From: Acholeplasmatales bacterium
GTDB taxonomy: Bacteria > Bacillota_I > Bacilli_A > Acholeplasmatales > Acholeplasmataceae
Direction: 5' to 3'
Length of the DNA stretch: 56,754 bases
NCBI GenBank assembly: GCA_031284605.1
Contig: JAITXV010000114.1
Coordinates: 1-56,754, forward strand
The notes under the pieces were generated by a model. The model did no database searches. It was not told the DNA's origin and saw only the letters and a list, made by a program, of their open reading frames with translations. The position numbers were made by a program, and so were the translations under genes. Position 1 is the first letter of the stretch, and the number at the start of each line of letters is the position of its first letter. Shown here one piece after another: positions 33,900 through 42,124 of the stretch.

Positions 33900-34865
33900 T
33901 TATGAATTTAGACTTAATTTTAAAGCTTCAACTGTGTAAGGTTTTTTGAAAAAATAAAATGGTGAAACAAAGAAGACAGTAATATACGCTGCTACTAGAA
34001 AAGCAGGCACTATATAGAAAAATATAATTAATGATTCTTTAATTAAAAAAGAAAAAATAAGCATATATAAAATAATTATAGAAAAAATTATTAATACCAA
34101 AGATAATGTTTTCTTTTTTCTGTCGTCTCTATATTTATTCCAAAAATATCTTACAAAAGAAAATGTTGTTAAAACTGTTAAAGCTATAATCATATAAGAA
34201 GAAATCACTATTGAATATAAAGCGTAGTTCATAGACAATACGCTAGAAGAATTATGAGGGTCTGGTGAAATATTAAAAATATAATTAATTAAACCTCTTA
34301 CCATTATAAAAGTAAAAATAAAAGCAGTGCTTACAAAAAATAATACTGATTTGGGATTTGTACCATTTAAATGCTTTTTATTTACTACAACATTTACTTC
34401 CTGCAAACTATCATTTGAAGTTTCATCTTTTAAAACTGGTTTTTTGAAAATAAAAACAGGTGAGATACAAAATATCACAATAAAAGCTATTAAAGCTATA
34501 AGAATAGATACAGGTACAAGCATACCGTATAAACTGTAATTATAAAGTGCATATGCAAATAAACCAACTACAAAAGCACTTATAAGAGATACTAGAACTA
34601 TTAAAACAATCCTTTTAGTTACATTTTCTTTTGACTTATAAAGTATATACTTTACATACGAAAATGTAGTTATAGCACACAGACTTACAAAAAGATAAAA
34701 AGTAATAATAAATGAAAAAATAACATAATAAATGGCAATTAAATTGTATTCAGATTGGCTTGTAGCATCAAAATATTTATTAAAAACGTTAATAAATATT
34801 ACTATATAAGTAATGACTACAGAGATAACAAAAAATAAGGTTGATTTTTTATTTAAAGTTTTCAT
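33900..34865 (-). CDS. Polytopic membrane protein built from two homologous ~150-aa halves
   Basis: 321 aa. Residues ~1-150 and ~165-321 align, for example STLFFVISVVITY...FSYVKYILYKSKE...SPVFIFKKP with SVLFFVSTAFIFT...FSFVRYFWNKYRD...SPFYFFKKP. Confidence 0.55.
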   Translation of the reverse strand: MKTLNKKSTLFFVISVVITYIVIFINVFNKYFDATSQSEYNLIAIYYVIFSFIITFYLFVSLCAITTFSYVKYILYKSKENVTKRIVLIVLVSLISAFVVGLFAYALYNYSLYGMLVPVSILIALIAFIVIFCISPVFIFKKPVLKDETSNDSLQEVNVVVNKKHLNGTNPKSVLFFVSTAFIFTFIMVRGLINYIFNISPDPHNSSSVLSMNYALYSIVISSYMIIALTVLTTFSFVRYFWNKYRDDRKKKTLSLVLIIFSIIILYMLIFSFLIKESLIIFFYIVPAFLVAAYITVFFVSPFYFFKKPYTVEALKLSLNS

Positions 34866-34942
34866 AGTAATTCTCCTTTTAGACTAAAAGTTTTAAATAT
34901 AACAAATGACATTGTGGTAACTTTTAATAATAACTTTTTCAT
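34862..34942 (-). CDS. Possible 26-aa upstream micro-ORF coupled to the duplicated membrane protein
   Basis: My translation is MKKLLLKVTTMSFVIFKTFSLKGELL. SD AAAGGAGA lies 8 nt upstream. Its TGA overlaps the downstream ATG (ATGA). There is no conservation evidence. Confidence 0.25.
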   Translation of the reverse strand: MKKLLLKVTTMSFVIFKTFSLKGELL

Positions 34943-35009
34943 ATCTTAGTTCTCCTTTTAATAATATTTTGGATTAGCTTATAAATTAATACTAATTTAA
35001 TTATATCAC

Positions 35010-35033
35010 TAATAATAATAATAATAATAATAA
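35010..35033. repeat. (TAA)8 trinucleotide microsatellite, intergenic
   Basis: Eight perfect TAA units, about 70 nt upstream of the micro-ORF/membrane gene (minus-strand orientation). Confidence 0.95.
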
Positions 35034-35235
35034 CTTATATGGTGCTAATATTGGTTAGACACAATTTTCAAAAAAATATTTTATTAAATAAAATTAAAAA
35101 AAATAATCATTTTTTCTAGTTTTTTTAAAATTTAGTCTATAATATAAAAAAAATTGTATAAAATAAAATATTTAAACATGATAATCCAATTTTATGCTGT
35201 TTTTTTAACAAAAACACCCTAAAAACACTATAAAA

Positions 35236-35309
35236 TGGTGCCCCTAGTCAGAATCGAACTAACACTTCAGCCTTACCATGGCTGCGTTCTACCATTGAAC
35301 TATAGGGGC
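35236..35309 (-). tRNA. tRNA-Thr (anticodon GGU), CCA encoded
   Basis: Hand-folded. Acceptor GCCCCTA/TAGGGGC, anticodon stem CAGCC/GGCTG with loop ATGGTAA, T-arm GTTAG-TTCGATT-CTGAC, then A and CCA. 74 nt. Confidence 0.88.
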
Positions 35310-35425
35310 TATCACCTTATTATTTTATCATTTTTTTATTCTTGAGTGTTTATTAACACAATTATTAAAATATAGTGTATAATAAATATGGTTTTTATAA
35401 CCAAGAAATAACAAGGAGAACAAAC

Positions 35426-35626
35426 ATGACAGGTAAAGTAAAATGGTTTGATTCTAAGAAAGGTTATGGTTTCATCACTCCGAGCAGTGGTAAAGATGTA
35501 TTCGTACATTTTTCAAATGTTCAAACAGATGGATACAAAACTCTTCAAGAAGGTCAAGAAGTAGAATTTGAAATTCAAGAAAGTGCTAAGGGTGGCCCAC
35601 AAGCCGTTGGCGTAAAAGTTAAATAA
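35426..35626 (+). CDS. Cold-shock protein (CspA family)
   Basis: [17 protein letters not shown] (RNP1) and VFVHFS (RNP2). 66 aa from ATG 35426, with SD AAGGAG 7 nt upstream. The track ORF start at 35375 is an unlikely extension. Confidence 0.92.
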   Translation: MTGKVKWFDSKKGYGFITPSSGKDVFVHFSNVQTDGYKTLQEGQEVEFEIQESAKGGPQAVGVKVK

Positions 35627-35655
35627 TATAATTAAATAATTGTAATTTGCTTTTT

Positions 35656-35685
35656 AGGAATCTAGTAATAGATTCCTTTTCTTTT
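35656..35685 (+). terminator. Rho-independent terminator after csp
   Basis: Stem AGGAATCTA / TAGATTCCT with loop GTAA, followed by TTTCTTTT. Confidence 0.75.
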
Positions 35686-35708
35686 ATATTTTATATATTC
35701 AAATAAAA

Positions 35709-35717
35709 TGATATAAT
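35709..35717 (+). promoter_or_regulatory. Extended -10 element (TGaTATAAT) 6 nt upstream of the helicase ATG, suggesting a leaderless transcript
   Basis: TGATATAAT at 35709..35717, then AAATAT, then ATG at 35724. There is no Shine-Dalgarno between the terminator and the ATG. Confidence 0.4.
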
Positions 35718-35723
35718 AAATAT

Positions 35724-38700
35724 ATGAATAATAATAAAACAAAACAAATAGTAGACGGTTTAAGAAACAAACTAGTAGATACAGGATTAAAAAATCAATT
35801 AATTAATTTTAGATTTAGGAAAAGTTCTAATATAGAAATAATCCATCCTTATTTTGATGACTTATTATTTTCATTTAATAATCAAAAAGAATTAGTAATA
35901 GCTAATCTCTTTGATAATGATGAAGAAATTGACCCTTATGATTTTTTAATAGAAGATGAAAGATTCTCATTTTTAACAGAAGATACCACTAACAAACAAT
36001 TTTCTAAATCTGGAAGTGAAATATTAACTAAAAAAGATATATATACCTATAATGAATTAAGTAGTGCTATATTAAACTATACTAAAAAAGCAAGTTCAAA
36101 ATATAATTATGTATTTGTTTCAAGCCATACTAAAATTGCGAAAGCAGCGCTAAACAACATCTTAAAAAAATCTAAATTGTTTTTAGAAGAAAATGCAATT
36201 AATATTTTATATTTATCTTTAGGTAATTTAGTTTGGAAAACTTTGTCAGATCCTCTAAATACCATCTCATCTCCTTTACTACTACTAAGTGTTGAATTAA
36301 AACAAGAATCAATTGATTCCTTATATAAATTAGATTTTAGTAATAGTGAACTTTTATTAAATGATACTTTAATTAAAAAAATGAAAGATGAATATAATAT
36401 TGATTTATTTTATGAGTTTTATACTAAAGAAAGTTATATCAATATATATAAAGAATATTCAAAATTAGTATTAGAACTTACTTCTAATAAAAATTTTTAT
36501 ATAGAAGATAGAGTATTTTTTGGTCTTTTTTCATTTTCTAAAATAACTATGGTAAATGACTTATTAGAAAATGAAGAAAGTGTCTTAAACAATAAATTTG
36601 TACGCTTGTTAGGCGGGGATATCTCTATGTTTGTTTCTAATGGTAAACTTTATCAAGAAAAAGATATAGATTCTGTTTTTAAATATAAAGAGTTTTATCA
36701 TACCTTAACTAGTGACCCAAGCCAAGAAGCTGCTATTCAAAGTGCTATATCTGGTCATAGTTTTATCTTACAAGGACCACCAGGTACAGGTAAAAGTCAA
36801 ACTATTACTAATATTATTAGTGAACTTATATCAAGAGGAAAAAAAGTATTATTTGTAGCTGAGAAAAAAGCTGCTTTAGACGTAGTACTAAACAACTTAA
36901 AAAGATGCGGATTTGAAAGTTTAGTTTTATCTTTACATAGCACCGATATAGACAAAAAAGAAATTATTAAAGATTTAAACAATTGTTTAATATCAAGAGA
37001 TTCTTATAATGAAGTAGATAATTCATATTTAGATCAAAAAATTGAACAAATCAATAACTTATTAGAAAACTTAAAATCATATGAAAATATAATTACCTCT
37101 AAAATAGAACCATTAAAATTAACAGTATATGAAATGTTAGGAACTTATTATTCCTTAAATGAAATAACAGAAAAACAATTCGTTATAAATGATTTTTTAA
37201 AAATTAACAATTCAGATTTAACTAATTTATCAAATATAATTAATGAATTTGAAAATGCTACTAAAAAAATAGGAAATGATGTAAAAAATAACATTTGGTA
37301 TGGCTTAAAAATAAACAAATTATTTTTACGCGAACAAGATACTTTAGAAAATACCTTAAAAGAACAAATAACTAATATAAATGCTTTATTAAATATTATT
37401 AATAACTTTTTATTTACACCAAATGATACTATATGTATTAATGATATAGTTAATATTAGAAGTTTGTTTAATCATTTATCATTATACAAAGGAATAGATT
37501 CTACTATAATAAAAACTGCGTCTATAGATGAAGACATAGAAATGCTAAACCAAATAATAATATTGCGTGATACTATTTCAAGTAATACTGCTAATATTAA
37601 TAAATATTATGATGAAATAATAAGCGAAAAAATAGATATTGATTTAGCTTATAGAATTTACAAAAGAACAGATAATATATTAAAAAGAATTTTTAGTAAA
37701 GAATATAAAAATTTGAAGAAACAAATTTTACTATATTCTAAACAAAAAAGAAATTATAAAGAAACTTTATATGGTTTAGAACTTATTAATACTACTATAA
37801 AATTAAATAAAAACTATCAAACTTTATTTGATAGTTTAACTTCTAAAAACTACAATTTAAAAAACAATGATTTTGAAGCAATAGTATATAATCTAAATTG
37901 GTACAAAAAATATTTATTTTTTAAAAAAGACCTAAACGGTAAAATAAATATAACAAAAAATGAAGATAGTTTTAACAAGATGCTTGCAGATACTTTTAAG
38001 TGTAGTTCAATTTATAATAATTTAAATGCTATATTAGATAAAATGTATAGTTTAGATAATGTTTTATATTTCTATTTTGATAAAGACACAATTAAACTTC
38101 AAGAAATATATTTAGAAAATGTAGTATCTAAATATACAAAGATGATAAATAATATAGAGAGTATATATTTATATGTTAATTATAACAAAGCTTTAGACAA
38201 TCTAAAAATTAATAATTTAACCCCGTTTTATAATGCAATTATAGAATCAAAAATTACATCTAATTTTTTCTTATTTTTCCAAAAGCGCCTTTATCATTTA
38301 ATTCTTGATAATTATTTTAATACATATGGTTTTCAAGATATATTTTCTAAAGATAAATACTCAAACATAAGAAAAAATTTTAGTGCTCTTGATGATTTAT
38401 TTAAAGAAATAGCGAAAATAAATGTTTTAGCACTTGGTGCTAAAAGAACACCTAATTATAACGGATTAGATGGATTAAACTACGATATCCTAACTTTAAG
38501 AAAAGAAGCAGAAAAAGTACGAAAAATAAAACCTTTAAGGGTGTTATTTAAAGAAATATATGGCTTAATATTAGATTTAAAACCTTGTCTTATGATGAGT
38601 CCACTTTCAGTAAGTAATTATTTGAAAGATATAAAAGATTTTAGTTTATTTGATTGTGTAATATTTGATGAAGCTAGCCAAATAAGACCTGAAAATAGTT

Positions 38701-40457
38701 TAGGTACTATCGCAAGAGCTTCTCAAATAATTATTGTTGGTGATAAGGAACAATTACCACCAACTAACTTTTTTGAATCTATTGAAAATAACGAATCTGC
38801 TTATTACGATGAATTAGATGATTCTAGCTCGTATGACAGCATTTTAGAGTATTATGGTGGCTTATTAGATACAATCACTTTAAAGTGGCACTATCGTAGC
38901 AAATTTGATGATTTAATAAAGCCATCTAATGAAATGATCTATAAAAATCTAATAACCTTCCCATCTTCAAACACTCCTACTAAACTTGAGGGTATAGACT
39001 TTGAATATGTAAAAGGAATTTACAAAGATAGACAAAACCAAATTGAGGCTGCTAAAGTAGTAGAAATTGTAAAAAAGCATTTTGATTTATACAAAGGCAG
39101 TAGAAGTTTAGGTATTGTTACATTTAGTGAAATCCAATCTACGTTAATAGAAAAATACATTAATAATTTTAGAAGAAAAAATGTGGAATATGAAAAATAT
39201 TTTAAAAGTGATATAGATGAGTATTTCTTTATTAAAAATATTGAAACAGTTCAAGGGGACGAAAGAGATACTATAGTTATTAGTGTATGTTATGGTCCTG
39301 ATGAAAAAGGAAAAATATCACATAACTTTGGTCCTTTGAATAAAAAAGGTGGTTATAGAAGACTAAATGTTGCGATCACAAGGGCTAAATATAATCTTAT
39401 TTTAGTATCTTCTTTACTTTCTAATGATATTGATTTATCTAAAAGTGAAAGTAAAGGAGTAGAGTTCTTCAAAAAGTATTTAGAATATGCACAAAATAGT
39501 GATTTAGAAGATACTGTATTTAACTTTGAAATATCAAGAGAAGATTTGTTAGTTGATGATTTATGTGCAGAAATTGAAAATAGAGGCTATAACACTTCTA
39601 AAAATATAGGAACTTCTTCTTTTAAAGTAGACGTAGCAGTTATAAATCTAAAAGAAAGAAACAAATATTTGTTAGGAATATTATTTGATTATAATTTATA
39701 TAATAAATCTTCTACGGTTTTAGATAAAGAAAAATTAAAAATAGAAATGCTAAAAAGTAGAGGATGGAACTTATATTCATTAAATATAAGTGATTACTAC
39801 TATAATAAATCTAAAGTGATAGATGAAATTATTAATCAAATTAATAATTCTCAAAAAGAAGTAACTTTAAATAAAAAAGATATTGTTCCAGTAAACAACG
39901 TTCAAAAGAAAAGCGACAGTTTAGAAATACCAGTTTATCCATCTTATAAAACTTTACTAGATAGTTATACTTTCTTAGGCAATGAATCTAAAACTATAAC
40001 TAAAATAATAGAAATATTAAGCCCTGTCCACATAAGTGAATTAAAAAAGATACTCCCACAAATATACGCAAGAGAAAAATATTCATCTTTTGTAGAAAAT
40101 AGTTTTGAGATAGTAAAACAGGAATTGCTTGATAAAAATATTATATATGTTGATTATAACGATTTTTATATTTTTACAAATTCTAAAATTATTTTTAGAC
40201 AAACTACTCTTTCTAGCAATAAACGTACGTTTGAACACATTCACGATAGAGAAATTTTAGATTGTATAGTAAAACTACTAAGTGTTACTAAAAAAATGAA
40301 GTTAGAAAACTTATATAAAATACTTCTAAATTATACTTTATACCAAGTATCTACTGAAAATATAATAAATAAGATAAATGATATTATAAGATTATATTTA
40401 AATGAATATGTTATTATAGAAAATGATACCATAATATTAAAAGAAAGGAACAAATAA
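35724..40457 (+). CDS. Giant SF1 (Upf1/DNA2-like, AAA_11/AAA_12) helicase with DUF4011-like N-terminus, REase-like module and DUF3320-like C-terminus
   Basis: 1577 aa. N-terminus LRNKLVDTGLKNQLINFRF (DUF4011-like). Motif I is GPPGTGKSQT. A ~550-aa helical insertion follows. Motif II is VIFDEASQ, motif III VGDKEQLPPT, then WHYRSKF, TVQGDERD and RRLNVAITRAK. A block at residues ~1260-1350 (GTSSFKVDVAV...LKSRGWNLYSL) resembles the Vsr/DUF559-type nuclease fold. Confidence 0.85.
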   Translation: MNNNKTKQIVDGLRNKLVDTGLKNQLINFRFRKSSNIEIIHPYFDDLLFSFNNQKELVIANLFDNDEEIDPYDFLIEDERFSFLTEDTTNKQFSKSGSEILTKKDIYTYNELSSAILNYTKKASSKYNYVFVSSHTKIAKAALNNILKKSKLFLEENAINILYLSLGNLVWKTLSDPLNTISSPLLLLSVELKQESIDSLYKLDFSNSELLLNDTLIKKMKDEYNIDLFYEFYTKESYINIYKEYSKLVLELTSNKNFYIEDRVFFGLFSFSKITMVNDLLENEESVLNNKFVRLLGGDISMFVSNGKLYQEKDIDSVFKYKEFYHTLTSDPSQEAAIQSAISGHSFILQGPPGTGKSQTITNIISELISRGKKVLFVAEKKAALDVVLNNLKRCGFESLVLSLHSTDIDKKEIIKDLNNCLISRDSYNEVDNSYLDQKIEQINNLLENLKSYENIITSKIEPLKLTVYEMLGTYYSLNEITEKQFVINDFLKINNSDLTNLSNIINEFENATKKIGNDVKNNIWYGLKINKLFLREQDTLENTLKEQITNINALLNIINNFLFTPNDTICINDIVNIRSLFNHLSLYKGIDSTIIKTASIDEDIEMLNQIIILRDTISSNTANINKYYDEIISEKIDIDLAYRIYKRTDNILKRIFSKEYKNLKKQILLYSKQKRNYKETLYGLELINTTIKLNKNYQTLFDSLTSKNYNLKNNDFEAIVYNLNWYKKYLFFKKDLNGKINITKNEDSFNKMLADTFKCSSIYNNLNAILDKMYSLDNVLYFYFDKDTIKLQEIYLENVVSKYTKMINNIESIYLYVNYNKALDNLKINNLTPFYNAIIESKITSNFFLFFQKRLYHLILDNYFNTYGFQDIFSKDKYSNIRKNFSALDDLFKEIAKINVLALGAKRTPNYNGLDGLNYDILTLRKEAEKVRKIKPLRVLFKEIYGLILDLKPCLMMSPLSVSNYLKDIKDFSLFDCVIFDEASQIRPENSLGTIARASQIIIVGDKEQLPPTNFFESIENNESAYYDELDDSSSYDSILEYYGGLLDTITLKWHYRSKFDDLIKPSNEMIYKNLITFPSSNTPTKLEGIDFEYVKGIYKDRQNQIEAAKVVEIVKKHFDLYKGSRSLGIVTFSEIQSTLIEKYINNFRRKNVEYEKYFKSDIDEYFFIKNIETVQGDERDTIVISVCYGPDEKGKISHNFGPLNKKGGYRRLNVAITRAKYNLILVSSLLSNDIDLSKSESKGVEFFKKYLEYAQNSDLEDTVFNFEISREDLLVDDLCAEIENRGYNTSKNIGTSSFKVDVAVINLKERNKYLLGILFDYNLYNKSSTVLDKEKLKIEMLKSRGWNLYSLNISDYYYNKSKVIDEIINQINNSQKEVTLNKKDIVPVNNVQKKSDSLEIPVYPSYKTLLDSYTFLGNESKTITKIIEILSPVHISELKKILPQIYAREKYSSFVENSFEIVKQELLDKNIIYVDYNDFYIFTNSKIIFRQTTLSSNKRTFEHIHDREILDCIVKLLSVTKKMKLENLYKILLNYTLYQVSTENIINKINDIIRLYLNEYVIIENDTIILKERNK

Positions 40458-40459
40458 AA

Positions 40460-41185
40460 ATGAAGAAATTACTTGATGTTTATAAGAATAGTCTAAAATT
40501 AATTTACCAAGATAATAAAGAAGAAATTCTAGAAAAAGAAGAAAGTTGTTTTGAAATTGAATACACTTACAATTCTTGTAGTTTAAAAGGTTTAAACAAA
40601 GTATCTTTAGGCGATGTAAAAACTTGCTTGTTAGCCAACGATATATTAAATTATTCAGAAAGAGAAAAAAAAGAAATTCTAAATCATCATAAAGCATATC
40701 TCTATATCAAGAACTTAGTTAAAAACAACGTTCAATTAACAGAAGAGGTATTAAAAGATATCCACGAAATACTAGTAGAAGGAATATATAACGGAGGAAT
40801 ATATAGAAATGTAAATATTTCTATATTAGGAGCATCTCATCAACCAACTGATTATTCTAAAGTATATGATAGAATGTATAAAATGTTTCTTCTTGTAAAT
40901 GAATGTAATAACAACCCTATAGAAAAAGCTGTATATGCTCATGCTCTTCTTTCTAAAATTCATCCTTTTGTAGATGCTAATGGAAGGCTTTCAAGATTAG
41001 TAATGAATTATTATTTATTACAAGCTGGATACAAAGGTATTTACATACCTTTGTCTGATAAAAATAAATATTTTGCTTTATTAGAAATATTTAAAGTTGA
41101 AAAAGATATTAACCCATTATTAGATTATATAGAAAATATATTAGAAGATAGATATTCATCACTTTTAAAAGAATTAGAGAAATAA
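40460..41185 (+). CDS. Fic-domain protein (AMPylase family), class-II layout with altered inhibitory motif
   Basis: Fic motif HPFVDANGRLSR (40961..40996) matches HxFx(D/E)(A/G)N(G/K)R. The N-terminal helix has SCSLKG (40574..40591) where (S/T)xxxE(G/N) is expected. It starts 2 nt after the helicase stop. Confidence 0.85.
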   Translation: MKKLLDVYKNSLKLIYQDNKEEILEKEESCFEIEYTYNSCSLKGLNKVSLGDVKTCLLANDILNYSEREKKEILNHHKAYLYIKNLVKNNVQLTEEVLKDIHEILVEGIYNGGIYRNVNISILGASHQPTDYSKVYDRMYKMFLLVNECNNNPIEKAVYAHALLSKIHPFVDANGRLSRLVMNYYLLQAGYKGIYIPLSDKNKYFALLEIFKVEKDINPLLDYIENILEDRYSSLLKELEK

Positions 41186-41225
41186 CTCTCGTATTATTAT
41201 ATATTATCTCTAAATGCGGATATTT

Positions 41226-41234
41226 TGGTATAAT
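41226..41234 (+). promoter_or_regulatory. Extended -10 promoter element (TGgTATAAT) for cvfB-proS
   Basis: TGGTATAAT lies about 25 nt upstream of the cvfB ATG. Confidence 0.4.
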
Positions 41235-41258
41235 AGTATAAAGGTTGGTAATGAATAA

Positions 41259-42122
41259 ATGATTGAAGTTGGAAAAGTAAATAATTTACATGTTGATAGA
41301 AAATCAGATATTGGTTACATCTTAACTAATATACAAAATGAAGAAGTAGTTCTTTTCTTTAATGATGCAACAAAAACAATAGAAATAGGGGATAATGTAG
41401 ATGCATTTATATTTTTAGATGCTTATCAAAGGAAATGTGCAACTTTACAAATACCTTATTTAAAATTAGATGAAGAAGGTATTTTAAAAGTAGTTAGTAT
41501 AAAAGAAGGATTAGGTGTATTTTTAGATAATGGAATAAGAAAACATTTACTGTTATCTTATGAAGATCTTCCCTTAAATAAAGATATATTACCACAAATT
41601 AATGATGAAGTGTTAGTAGTATTGAAATTAAAAAATAATTTAATAGCTAAACCTGTAATAAGACCAAGAAACTTACCACTTAATGATTTAAAAATAAATG
41701 ATGAAGTTGAAGCTGTAGTAACAAAAGTAGCGCAAGAAGGAATTCTAGCTGTAAGTTATGATTTCCATTATATATTTATTTATAAAACCTATATTAGGAG
41801 TTCTTATAGAGTAGGACAAGTTATAAAAGTCAAAATTATCAACGCAAAAGAAGATAGTACTTATAACGGAAGTTTAATAGAACAAAAAGAAAATCAATTG
41901 TTTGTAGATAGTAATATGATACTATCATATTTGCTTAAAAATGATGGAGTACTTAATTTAGATAGTGAAAGTAGCAGCGAGGAAGTTTTTAATATATTCA
42001 AAATATCAAGAAAATCATTTAAAAGAGCTTTAGGACATTTATACAAAGAAAGAAGAATTACTTTTAATAATAATAAAACAATATTAGTAAGTAAAGAATT
42101 AATAAACAAAGAGGTATTATAA
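41259..42122 (+). CDS. cvfB: CvfB/YitL-family S1-like RNA-binding protein
   Basis: 287 aa. Repeated S1/OB-like segments (VGKVNNLHVDRKSDIGYILT..., GILKVVSIKEGLGVFLD, VEAVVTKVAQEGILAV) and a C-terminal winged-helix region (SRKSFKRALGHLYKERRI). Confidence 0.75.
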   Translation: MIEVGKVNNLHVDRKSDIGYILTNIQNEEVVLFFNDATKTIEIGDNVDAFIFLDAYQRKCATLQIPYLKLDEEGILKVVSIKEGLGVFLDNGIRKHLLLSYEDLPLNKDILPQINDEVLVVLKLKNNLIAKPVIRPRNLPLNDLKINDEVEAVVTKVAQEGILAVSYDFHYIFIYKTYIRSSYRVGQVIKVKIINAKEDSTYNGSLIEQKENQLFVDSNMILSYLLKNDGVLNLDSESSSEEVFNIFKISRKSFKRALGHLYKERRITFNNNKTILVSKELINKEVL

Positions 42123-42124
42123 AA

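Noticed and set aside
35375-35425. A 17-codon N-terminal extension of the cold-shock protein (track start [17 protein letters not shown]).
   Set aside because: Csp proteins start directly at the MxGKVKWF block. A strong AAGGAG SD sits inside the extension, 7 nt before ATG 35426.
42123-42124. A T-box leader upstream of proS.
   Set aside because: proS starts 2 nt after the cvfB stop, so there is no room for a leader. The cvfB upstream region (41186..41258) is too short and has no T-box sequence.
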